Shown here piece by piece: positions 55,492-63,829 of a stretch of 64,000 nucleotides of DNA. The notes under the pieces are model-generated. The model ran no database searches, was not told the origin of the DNA, and saw only the letters and a program-made list of their open reading frames with translations. This DNA is from an uncultured Ardenticatenia bacterium (lineage in GTDB: Bacteria; Chloroflexota; Anaerolineae; 4572-78; NAK82). A program made the translations under genes and the position numbers. The stretch covers positions 69,217 to 133,216 of the forward strand of contig CAKZLO010000033.1 in the NCBI GenBank assembly GCA_937127125.1, read 5' to 3'. Positions within the stretch are counted from its first letter, which is position 1. Each line of letters opens with the position of its first letter.

Positions 55492-57234
55492 TTATATCTC
55501 CACTTCAAACAGGAGATCTACCAGCTCGTCTACCAGTCTCGCAAGCAGCTCCCGGTCACCGTCACGGCGTGCTTGCTCAATTTCATCGATCTTGGACTGG
55601 ATTTGATCGGCACGGTCGATCTCCAGGCGGCCATTCTGGAGCAGCCGGCGTGCCCGGTTGAGCATTACCTCTACCTCCCCGGTATCAAACGCGTCCGAAT
55701 CTGACCCTGTCCCCTGTGCAGCCAACAGGGCTGCCATCTGTGCCGTAGCGCGGTTGATCTCCTCCGCGCTCAGGCGTTCTTTAGCAGCCATCACGGTGAT
55801 CGTCTTGCGCTGACCGCTCTTGCGGTCGGTCGCTTGCACTCGTAATTGTCCGTTGACGTCCATGTCGAAGCGCACCGTCACGCGTGCCGGCTCACCTGGC
55901 GTCTCTGGTTGTAGTCCCTCGATGCGAAAGCGACCCAACAGGCGATTGCGCGAAGCGACAGGGTGCTCTCCCTGATACACCACGATCTCGACGGTGTCTT
56001 GGCCGGGATAGACGGTGCGAAAGACCTCTTCGTGAGTGCACGGGATCACTGTGTTGCGCCGAATAATAGGACGGTAGATGTCGGGCACAATGGTGTCACC
56101 CATCTGGGTGGCGATCTCAATGCCCAACGAAAACGGCGTGACATCCACCAACACAGTGCCGATCGGCTGCCCGGCAATGATTGCTGCTTGAACGGCTGCG
56201 CCCAGTGCCACCGCTTCTTCCGGATGGATGGCCATCTGAGGCTCGATGCCGGTGTGCTCGGTCAACATCTGCCACACCAGAGGGATGCGCGTTGAACCGC
56301 CTACCAACAGAATCCGGTCGAGATCGCGCGGCGACAGACCAGCATCCTGGAGCACCCGATCCACCGAGTCCAAAGTTCGCTGCAGCAGATCGCGAATGAG
56401 TGCCTCGAACTCGCGACGTGAGACCTCATACTCCAGGTGCAGTGGCCGCCCGCCACTCTCGGTCAGGAACTCTTCGCGTATCCATGCGAAGGGATGCTCA
56501 GAGAGCTCGATCTTGGCGCGTTCTGCGGCGCGTGTTAGGCGTGCCATGGCGCGGTGGTCACGTCTGAGATCAACGCTGTACCTCTCGGCAAATATGCGTG
56601 CCACGTGCTCTGCCAGGCGCAGGTCGAAGTCATCGCCACCCAGCCAGGTATCCCCATGGCTGGCGCGCACTTCCACCACTCCGGCGACCAGTTCTACTAG
56701 TGAACAGTCGAAAGTGCCACCTCCGAGATCATATACCAGCACCAGCTGATCTTCCGCGCGATTCAGGCCATAGGCCAACGCAGCGGCAGTCGGCTCATTG
56801 ATGATGCGCACCACTTCCAGGCCAGCGATCTCGCCGGCATCCCGTGTCGCCTGACGTTGTGCATCCGAGAAATATGCCGGCACCGTGATCACGGCACGGC
56901 GCACGGTGCATCTCAGGCTCGCTTCGGCAACGGCCTTGATCTCATGCAGGATAAAGGCAGAAATCTGCTGGGGAGTGAATGTATAGCGGCCTATTGTGAT
57001 ACGTTCCGCCGAGCCCATCATCCGCTTGATGGATCGCACCGTGTTCTCCGGCGCAAACACAAACTGATTGCGCGCGGGCATTCCTACCAACCACTTACCC
57101 TGCGGGGACAGTCCTACCACGGAGGGCAGCAGACGCTCTCCACCGCGCGTTAGGAGACGTGGCTGACCATCCTGCACTACGGCAACTGCGGTATATGTGG
57201 TGCCCAGGTCAATACCAACGATCGGGTCATCCAT
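55492..57234 (-). CDS. Short non-canonical Hsp70 family ATPase (580 aa)
   Basis: IVGIDLGTTYT, DLGGGTFD, LLVGGSTRIP, VLVDVTPFSLGIEI. The C-terminus ends LLFEVEI. Confidence 0.9.
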   Translation of the reverse strand: MDDPIVGIDLGTTYTAVAVVQDGQPRLLTRGGERLLPSVVGLSPQGKWLVGMPARNQFVFAPENTVRSIKRMMGSAERITIGRYTFTPQQISAFILHEIKAVAEASLRCTVRRAVITVPAYFSDAQRQATRDAGEIAGLEVVRIINEPTAAALAYGLNRAEDQLVLVYDLGGGTFDCSLVELVAGVVEVRASHGDTWLGGDDFDLRLAEHVARIFAERYSVDLRRDHRAMARLTRAAERAKIELSEHPFAWIREEFLTESGGRPLHLEYEVSRREFEALIRDLLQRTLDSVDRVLQDAGLSPRDLDRILLVGGSTRIPLVWQMLTEHTGIEPQMAIHPEEAVALGAAVQAAIIAGQPIGTVLVDVTPFSLGIEIATQMGDTIVPDIYRPIIRRNTVIPCTHEEVFRTVYPGQDTVEIVVYQGEHPVASRNRLLGRFRIEGLQPETPGEPARVTVRFDMDVNGQLRVQATDRKSGQRKTITVMAAKERLSAEEINRATAQMAALLAAQGTGSDSDAFDTGEVEVMLNRARRLLQNGRLEIDRADQIQSKIDEIEQARRDGDRELLARLVDELVDLLFEVEI

Positions 57235-57263
57235 ACGTCAGTGCTCCTATCCCTTTTGTCACG

Positions 57264-57962
57264 CTATGCTCCTGCTGTGGTGCCGGCTGGCCTTCGCACC
57301 TCCTCAGCCGGTGCCGCAGGCTGTGACTGAAGCGAGGGGACGCGGCGCGAGACAATCACCTCTGAGTAGCGCAGGATGCTATTGCGCGTGCGATAGCCAC
57401 AGCGTTCCTCTGCTACCACGATGCCCTCTGGAGCGCGGCCGCTGCTGTCCACTCCAACCGCAACGTGCAGGTGAGGGTCAAAGGGCTGACCTACTGCCGG
57501 GATAGGCACAACATCTGCCTGGGCCAGTACGTCCATCAGACGCTGGTAAACCAGCCAGAGGCCATCCACCCACGCAGAAAGCATTCGGTGCGCCTCGCCC
57601 TCCTCGGCGAGGCGGTTCAGCTGCTGCTTGGCGCTATTGAGTGTGGCTCCCAGTCCATCAATTACTGGCAGAATCGCCAGTATCAGGTCATGTCGCGCCA
57701 ACTCGATCTCTTTGTGATGGTTACGTTGCAGGAAGGCAATGGTCTCTTCCTGGCGGGTGACAGTTGCGCGCAGGATGTTGATCGCCTCTCGTTGTTGCTC
57801 CAATGTCGACTCTTGCAAGGCATTCGCTTTGAATTGCACCCGAGCCAGGCGGCTTAAATGTTCAACCACCTGAGCAACTTCCGGCATCGCTGCGGCGCCG
57901 CTATTAGTCAGCTGCGCTGCCAGCTGGCTTATCTCTTCCCAGATGAGGCGTTTGTGGCTCAT
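57264..57962 (-). CDS. GrpE-family nucleotide exchange factor
   Basis: Trimmed to ATG 57962 (SD GAGGTGGA, ATGA overlap with the upstream stop). Long coiled coil, then GQPFDPHLHVAVGV...GIVVAEERCGYRTRNSILRYSEVIV. Confidence 0.8.
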   Translation of the reverse strand: MSHKRLIWEEISQLAAQLTNSGAAAMPEVAQVVEHLSRLARVQFKANALQESTLEQQREAINILRATVTRQEETIAFLQRNHHKEIELARHDLILAILPVIDGLGATLNSAKQQLNRLAEEGEAHRMLSAWVDGLWLVYQRLMDVLAQADVVPIPAVGQPFDPHLHVAVGVDSSGRAPEGIVVAEERCGYRTRNSILRYSEVIVSRRVPSLQSQPAAPAEEVRRPAGTTAGA

Positions 57963-58294
57963 AGGTCCACCTCGCAAAAATCTTCACTGAAGTCTTCGCG
58001 CGCCAGATCACTCCACGCACGCAGTACAGCAATAACGTCCTCGGGGTGGAATCTTGTATCCACCCCCGCCTTCATCTTAATGCGTCTGTACGGCCACTCT
58101 TCCGGCTGGCACAGCTGAAACAAGCTGTCCTGCGCTTCTGTGGAAGTCAGCTGTTCATAAGCCGCACGGATCGCTTTGAACGCCTCAGGATCGAGTTCTG
58201 GTGGGTGAGCACGCACCTGCTCGAAGTAAGCTCGCCGCACCTCTTCTGGGGATGCGCCGGGTTGGAGCCCTAACACCCGATAGGGATCGCTCAT
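57959..58294 (-). CDS. J-domain-like protein (111 aa) with HPP in place of HPD
   Basis: DPYRVLGLQPGASPEEVRRAYFEQVRAHPPELDPEAFKAIRAAYEQL. The ATG overlaps the TPR-gene stop (ATGA). The C-terminus ends FCEVDL. Confidence 0.75.
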   Translation of the reverse strand: MSDPYRVLGLQPGASPEEVRRAYFEQVRAHPPELDPEAFKAIRAAYEQLTSTEAQDSLFQLCQPEEWPYRRIKMKAGVDTRFHPEDVIAVLRAWSDLAREDFSEDFCEVDL

Positions 58295-60498
58295 TCTATT
58301 TCCCCCATCCGCAATGCCTCAAGCGCTACCCGCGCCTGTGCCATTGTGGCCGTGTCTCGTTTCTGACGAGCCAGGCGTTCCGCCTGTAGCAAGTGCTTTC
58401 TAGCCCTTTGTCCGGCCTTCGGATCAGACAAGAGGTGAATGCCCAGTAACAGGTGTGCTTCTGCTATGTCGGGCGCCAGTGAGAGTGCCTGTTCCAGACA
58501 CTTCACTGCCGGTCCGAATTGCTTCATCGCGTAGAACGCGCGTGCCAAATCTACCAGCCCTCGCGCATCTGTGGCAGCACGTTGTCGTGCTATCTCCAAC
58601 AGCTGGCTTGCCCACTGGTGATGCCCTGTTTTGGCGCACCATTTCCCCAATTGTAGGTAAAAGCTAAGCGGTGGAGGAGGGTGCACCATTTCGGCGCGCC
58701 GCAGATATTCCCGGGCGGACTCTTCCTTGCCTAAGCTCAGCCATGTGAGAATGAGCCAGTAATACGCTTCCAGGTCCTCCGGATGTTCGGCGAGCACGCG
58801 TTCTGCTTCTTCTTGAGCTCTTATCGTGTCACCCAACAGTCCATAGCAGCGAGCCAAGGAAGCGCGCAGGCGTGTATCCCCAGGCATTTGTTCCAGCCCG
58901 TCGCGATATGCAAGGAGAGCGCGACGCAGATTGCCTTTTTCAAGGTGATAGTCGCCTATCTGGCAGTCCAAACGGGCGATATGCTGGCGCGCCGTGGGAT
59001 GTTCCGGATGGACGGCCAGCACGCGCTGCCACGAATGCAGCGCAGCGTACGGATAGCCCATCTGATCCAGAATCTGAGCTTGCCACGCCAGTGCCTCTTC
59101 ATGCTCGGGATGCTCCATCAGGATTTTCATCACGGCGGAATGGGCAGCACTGTAACGTCCATCCTTGACCATAGCTGCCACCCATTCTAGTTGCAACGTC
59201 ACATCTCCGGGAGCGTATCGGAGGGCATTCCGATACGCACGCACGGCGTCCTCGTAGTTGCCAGCACGGCTGAAACATTGCGCTGCCCGCTGCCACAAAC
59301 GTGCTACCTGCTCATCGGACAGAACGTCGTGTGCCCTAGAAGGAGCTTTGCGAGGTCGAGAACGCACAATTTGTTGCCACAGCTCTGCTGCATGGGCAAA
59401 ATGGCCCAACGCTTCCGCTGCGAGGGCTGCGTTGGTCATCAATGTTCTGCCTCTTTGGCCTGCCTGATAGGCAGCCCAAAGATACTTCCACGCCTTGTCC
59501 CAATCACCTTCCAGCGCGGCACGATAGCCCAAATGCTGTCGCACATGATTCGCGATAAGGTTCAGCTCCTCGATGTCCGGTGCATAGCGCAGTCCCTGCT
59601 CTGCCAATTGCAATGCTTCAGATAGCCCTGAAGCTTTATCCTGGGTTTCCAGAGGGAGGGCTTCATTCGAGTTGAGCAGCGTAATGGCAGACTGCGCACA
59701 CGCCCATGCCAGATTGCGGGTCAGCCATGGGGTTTGCATCCCAACGCCCGTTGCAGCTTGCCAGTGTTCTAGCGCTTCTGTGTAGCGGCCGCGCTTCCAC
59801 GCCAGCACGCCTATGTAGTAGTGCGCTGTGCCGATCGCACAGAGTGGCAAAGTGGCATCTTGCAGAGCGGCAGTTAGAAATGTTTTTGCTTCCGGTCTCT
59901 TAGAGCGTACGGCTGCCAGCCCAGCCCATAACGCATCAGCTCCCTGATGGGAGGCAGGATGCACATTCACCCTCCTTCTTCCACGTAGGAGTGCAAAAGC
60001 TTCCGAGAGGTAACCCTGTTCTTCGGGTGACAGAAATTGCCATACCATGTCCTCCTGTGGGCGGCAGCCTGTCTCCACCAGTGCAACTGCCAGCGGGAAC
60101 GCGGCACGCGCATAAGGAGGCGTCCGTTCCAGCAAAGCTCGGTATAGGGGTATGGCAGATTGCCAGACATTTCGCCGATGGTATGCCAGTGCTAGATGAT
60201 ACTGGTAGCGTGGGTCGTCCGGGGCAAGGCGAAGTGCTTCTACGAGATCATATATCGAGTCTTGGGCAGCGCTGAGCGCACGGCGAAAAAATGCTTCCCC
60301 TGTTGCTCTCTCCAGCCGGTGCCGCAACGCATCATCGTGTGGCAACATCGCGGATGCCCGACGCCAGGCTCGGATTGCTGCAGTGTAATCCCCTTGCGCG
60401 AAAGATGTTTTGCCTTGTTCGATCAGAACTTCAGGCGGCAACGGTTGGACGCTCAGGTATTCATCCATGCACCCGGCGCGCCTTGGGCGTGCATTCAT
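58291..60498 (-). CDS. Large all-TPR repeat protein (735 aa)
   Basis: Repeated 34-aa A/Y/L-rich TPR-like units throughout (for example GDYTAAIRAWRRA, YEDAVRAYRNALRYAPGD, PAVKCLEQALSLAPD). No enzymatic motif seen. Start may be ATG 60498 or ATG 60468. Confidence 0.8.
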   Translation of the reverse strand: MNARPRRAGCMDEYLSVQPLPPEVLIEQGKTSFAQGDYTAAIRAWRRASAMLPHDDALRHRLERATGEAFFRRALSAAQDSIYDLVEALRLAPDDPRYQYHLALAYHRRNVWQSAIPLYRALLERTPPYARAAFPLAVALVETGCRPQEDMVWQFLSPEEQGYLSEAFALLRGRRRVNVHPASHQGADALWAGLAAVRSKRPEAKTFLTAALQDATLPLCAIGTAHYYIGVLAWKRGRYTEALEHWQAATGVGMQTPWLTRNLAWACAQSAITLLNSNEALPLETQDKASGLSEALQLAEQGLRYAPDIEELNLIANHVRQHLGYRAALEGDWDKAWKYLWAAYQAGQRGRTLMTNAALAAEALGHFAHAAELWQQIVRSRPRKAPSRAHDVLSDEQVARLWQRAAQCFSRAGNYEDAVRAYRNALRYAPGDVTLQLEWVAAMVKDGRYSAAHSAVMKILMEHPEHEEALAWQAQILDQMGYPYAALHSWQRVLAVHPEHPTARQHIARLDCQIGDYHLEKGNLRRALLAYRDGLEQMPGDTRLRASLARCYGLLGDTIRAQEEAERVLAEHPEDLEAYYWLILTWLSLGKEESAREYLRRAEMVHPPPPLSFYLQLGKWCAKTGHHQWASQLLEIARQRAATDARGLVDLARAFYAMKQFGPAVKCLEQALSLAPDIAEAHLLLGIHLLSDPKAGQRARKHLLQAERLARQKRDTATMAQARVALEALRMGEIE

Positions 60499-60536
60499 TA
60501 GGAGTGGCTCAACCTCCTGAAAATACCCAGCTTCGC

Positions 60537-61955
60537 TCAGCTGGTCTTTTGGTTATTCTCGGACGTTTGTGCAACGAGCTCGTCTGTTGCTCTTGGCAAT
60601 GCAAAGCTGAACTTGCTGCCCTTGCCCAGCTCCGATTCGGCCCATACGCGACCGCCATAACTTTCTACGGTCCGTTTCACGATCGCCAGGCCCACCCCTG
60701 TGCCGCGTTGTACCATCGCCTTCGCTTGCTCGCCGCGGAAGAATTCCTCGAACAAACGCGGCATGTCTTCGCGCGCGATGCCGATGCCGGTGTCCTCCAC
60801 CGAACCTACCACCTGATCGCCATCGTGGGTCAGGGAGATCGCGATGCGTCCACCTGGCCGATTGTACTTAATAGCATTGCTGATCAGGTTGGTCCAGACA
60901 GAACGCAACTGGTCTTCTGTGGCGAGCACGGGCGGTAGATCGGGAGCAACTTTCACCTCTATAGATAAACCTTTGCTCTCTGCTTCTACCCGTAGTAGCC
61001 CCAATACACTTTCCAACACTTTTTCTGCCCGCACTGGCACACCCTGAGCGGGGCCTTCGATGCGACGTGCTCGTACCAGTTCCAAGAGGTCGCGTATGAG
61101 GTCCAGCAGCTCATACGCACGTGTCTGAGCGCGTTCCAACACCTCGCGTTGCTTTTCCGGCGGGGCGTAGCCGCCCAGGACGAGATTCAGCGCACTGATG
61201 ATAGCACCCATCGGTGCCCGCAGCTCATGCGCGACCATCACGATGAACTGTGTACGGGCAGCATCCAGCTGGCGTAGGCGCTCGTTCATCTCGGTGAGCT
61301 CGCTGCGGTTGATCTCGCATATCTGGCTGGCTTGCAGCAGCTCCTGAGTGCGCCGTCGCAACCGCTCGGCAACCGATGAGGCCATAGCGGCGGCCAGTAG
61401 CAGCGTTAGGGTGACAGCTGTGACGTGTGCAGCTGTATAAACTGGGTTCGCGTAGTGCAAAGGGTCGGCCAGCTGGGGCAAATGGACATGGGGCAACCAG
61501 CCGCTCATTTCAGAAAGAGCCATGCCCGCATACAAGCTCGATGCCAGCAGCGCCACGCCGAAACTGGCCAAACGCGAGAGCAGAATACTGGCTATTATTA
61601 CGTGAAAGAGCAAGAAAACCCCAAAGGGGTTTTCGATTCCTCCGCTAAAGTGCAGCAGAGCTGTCAGAGCGAGCAGATCGAACACAATCTGCACCGCCGC
61701 AAAAATCGGAGAGCGGCGGCGTCGGATGCCTGTACCACGTCGTCGCCACAGATAACGGGCATAGAGCAGAAATAGGAGGTTGTAGAGAGCGATAACCGCT
61801 GTCACGGTTACCAGCGGCAATACGGGCAAGGCTGGCTCCACCAGACGCGCAATGGCAATCCCGGCCAGGGTGCTTACCACTGCTACCCAACGCAGTCGGA
61901 TCAGCCAGCCAATACGCTCTACAAGCTCCAGTTTCAGCGGGTGCAGATCGATCAA
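60537..61955 (-). CDS. Polytopic sensor histidine kinase (6 TM - HisKA - HATPase)
   Basis: The TTG start overlaps the RR stop. H-box MVAHELRAPMGAI, N-box ISNAIKYNRPGG, DTGIGI, GTGVGL. Confidence 0.88.
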   Translation of the reverse strand: MIDLHPLKLELVERIGWLIRLRWVAVVSTLAGIAIARLVEPALPVLPLVTVTAVIALYNLLFLLYARYLWRRRGTGIRRRRSPIFAAVQIVFDLLALTALLHFSGGIENPFGVFLLFHVIIASILLSRLASFGVALLASSLYAGMALSEMSGWLPHVHLPQLADPLHYANPVYTAAHVTAVTLTLLLAAAMASSVAERLRRRTQELLQASQICEINRSELTEMNERLRQLDAARTQFIVMVAHELRAPMGAIISALNLVLGGYAPPEKQREVLERAQTRAYELLDLIRDLLELVRARRIEGPAQGVPVRAEKVLESVLGLLRVEAESKGLSIEVKVAPDLPPVLATEDQLRSVWTNLISNAIKYNRPGGRIAISLTHDGDQVVGSVEDTGIGIAREDMPRLFEEFFRGEQAKAMVQRGTGVGLAIVKRTVESYGGRVWAESELGKGSKFSFALPRATDELVAQTSENNQKTS

Positions 61956-62344
61956 CTCTTCGTGCCGACAATCTCATTGGCAATGCGCAATACCTCTGCC
62001 ATTGGTACCGGTTTGGTCAGAAATTGATCAACTGACAGAGGCTTATCGGTTGGAAAATGTCCAATGTACTCGGTGTCCATGATAGAAGTGAGCATGATGA
62101 TCGGGATATCCCACAACTCGGGATCTTCCTTAATTGTCGCTGTCACGTCAACACCCTCGGTGGGGTGTGCCATTACCACGTCTAAAAAGACCAGGTCAGG
62201 CTTCTCGCGTCGCATGGTCTCCAAACCGAGCCTGCCGCTGGCAGCGGTCAGCACCTCAAAGCCATCACTCTCCAGCCCGATCCGCATAAACTCACAAAAG
62301 TCGGGATCATCATCAATAATCAGCACTTTGCCCTTGGATGCCAT
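61952..62344 (-). CDS. Single-domain (CheY-like) response regulator
   Basis: Trimmed to ATG 62344 (SD AAGGAGGA). VLIIDDD...DLVFLDVVM...LTKP. No output domain. Confidence 0.88.
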   Translation of the reverse strand: MASKGKVLIIDDDPDFCEFMRIGLESDGFEVLTAASGRLGLETMRREKPDLVFLDVVMAHPTEGVDVTATIKEDPELWDIPIIMLTSIMDTEYIGHFPTDKPLSVDQFLTKPVPMAEVLRIANEIVGTKS

Positions 62345-62397
62345 CGGGGGTCCTCCTTGCATTGTAGCCTGCTGAAATGTACATCAGACCTATGTCA

Positions 62398-62425
62398 ATT
62401 ATAACGTGCCCGATGGGGGTGTCAA
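62398..62425 (-). promoter_or_regulatory. Consensus sigma70 promoter of the RR-HK-TPR-J-GrpE-Hsp70 operon
   Basis: On the minus strand: TTGACA (62425-62420), 16-nt spacer, TATAAT (62403-62398). It lies ~55 nt upstream of the RR ATG. Confidence 0.65.
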
Positions 62426-62542
62426 ATGCATTTCAGAAGAGCACGTTCTCTCCCGCTCTCATGGTCGCGTAATCGCATTCCCCTTCGGGCATCTGATCGT
62501 ATGAGAACGTCGCACAATGGAGATCTCAGCCGTTCAATACTC

Positions 62543-63535
62543 TTATGCGCCTTCGAGTGCAGGCAACACGCGCATGGGCCACTTGCCCTGCTTACTGCGC
62601 AGATAAGCCGCCCGCCGCGCGCCATAGGTGGGATCAATTTGGGACAGCGGCAACAATTGACCGTCCCGCAGTACATGAGGATCCACAGTGCGCAGCTTGG
62701 TGCTCACGTGGAAGGTAGGATGATCATCGTCCCATATGAAGCGCGTTTTGGGGGAGATCAGCGCCAGCAATTCCTGCAAATGGGCATCCGGACAGAGGTG
62801 CAGCTTGTGCCAGACCTGTGCATCCGTGCTCCACAGATCACTCTGGCTGATGGCACCCAGTTCCAGTCCGCGTCGGATTGCCTGTGCGCACAGTTCATAA
62901 AGCCCCACCTCACGAAAGCTCGACCAGCTGGCATGGTCAGCAGCTATATAGGTATCGGCAATCCAACGCGCTGTCGCTTCATCGGCAACGGCAATGTATC
63001 CCTTGCAGACCACCAATCCCTCCAGGACACGCTGGATGTCTTCCTGACGGGCCAGGCCCAGATCGAGGCTGTCACGCAGGAAGTAGTCCAGACGGTCAGC
63101 GCATAGGGCGGGCGCCGGTTGTTCCAGCAAGGAGAATTGGTCCTCGTCCAGTAGCTCTCGCCAATCGTATCCATAGCGTGCCAGCAGAGCCGGCAGGTCG
63201 CTGTGCTCTACATATTTCTCCTTCATCGTTTCGTGGTAACACTGGCTGTCGTGCCCGCCGTAAACATAGTCGATTACATGGCTGAAGGCAGTATGGCTGA
63301 CGTCGTGCAACAGGGCAGCCAGCTGTTCCTGCAGTGAAGCGCCCAGACGACGCACCAGCAGCATGACCCCCACGCTATGTTCGAAGCGCGTTGTCGCACG
63401 GGTTATCCCTACCAGGCCACTGATGCCGTGTTGCAACACACCGTGTAACCTTTGCACTGCACGCGTGTGCAGCACATCCAGCAACACGGGCTCGTCGATC
63501 TCAACATGTCCGTAGATGCGATCGTGGTAGTGCAA
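62543..63535 (-). CDS. HD-domain metal-dependent phosphohydrolase (COG1078/SAMHD1-type HD pattern)
   Basis: FEHSVGVMLLV...AALLHDVSHTAFSHVIDYV...CADRLDYFLRD. Confidence 0.8.
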   Translation of the reverse strand: MHYHDRIYGHVEIDEPVLLDVLHTRAVQRLHGVLQHGISGLVGITRATTRFEHSVGVMLLVRRLGASLQEQLAALLHDVSHTAFSHVIDYVYGGHDSQCYHETMKEKYVEHSDLPALLARYGYDWRELLDEDQFSLLEQPAPALCADRLDYFLRDSLDLGLARQEDIQRVLEGLVVCKGYIAVADEATARWIADTYIAADHASWSSFREVGLYELCAQAIRRGLELGAISQSDLWSTDAQVWHKLHLCPDAHLQELLALISPKTRFIWDDDHPTFHVSTKLRTVDPHVLRDGQLLPLSQIDPTYGARRAAYLRSKQGKWPMRVLPALEGA

Positions 63536-63749
63536 TGTTGTCCCTTACCCTTTGAGCTCTTTGGCTTTGTCTGCGAATACTGGGGTGGAATCGCAGGCGT
63601 CATAGCTGTGCAGCGCGTATCCATTATGGAGGCTGCGCAGTACACGTCAAGTTCGAGCTTCGATACACCATCGTGATCGCTTCCTTTTCTCGGCCTTGAT
63701 TTCTTAATGCTCTCGTTGCGGATGGGTCGGAAGCAGCAGGGCGAGCCAC

Positions 63750-63803
63750 TTGCTCCTGTAGGTTCACCAAGCCTATAATGAGTATACTCCTATTGAGTAT
63801 ACT
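63750..63803 (+). promoter_or_regulatory. Promoter plus duplicated palindromic operator upstream of an MFS transporter gene
   Basis: TTGCTC (63750-63755), 18-nt spacer, TATAAT (63774-63779). TGAGTATACT then occurs twice (63779-63788 and 63794-63803). Each copy contains the 8-bp palindrome AGTATACT. Confidence 0.45.
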
Positions 63804-63829
63804 ATTGATCCTCACCCTGGAAAGATACT

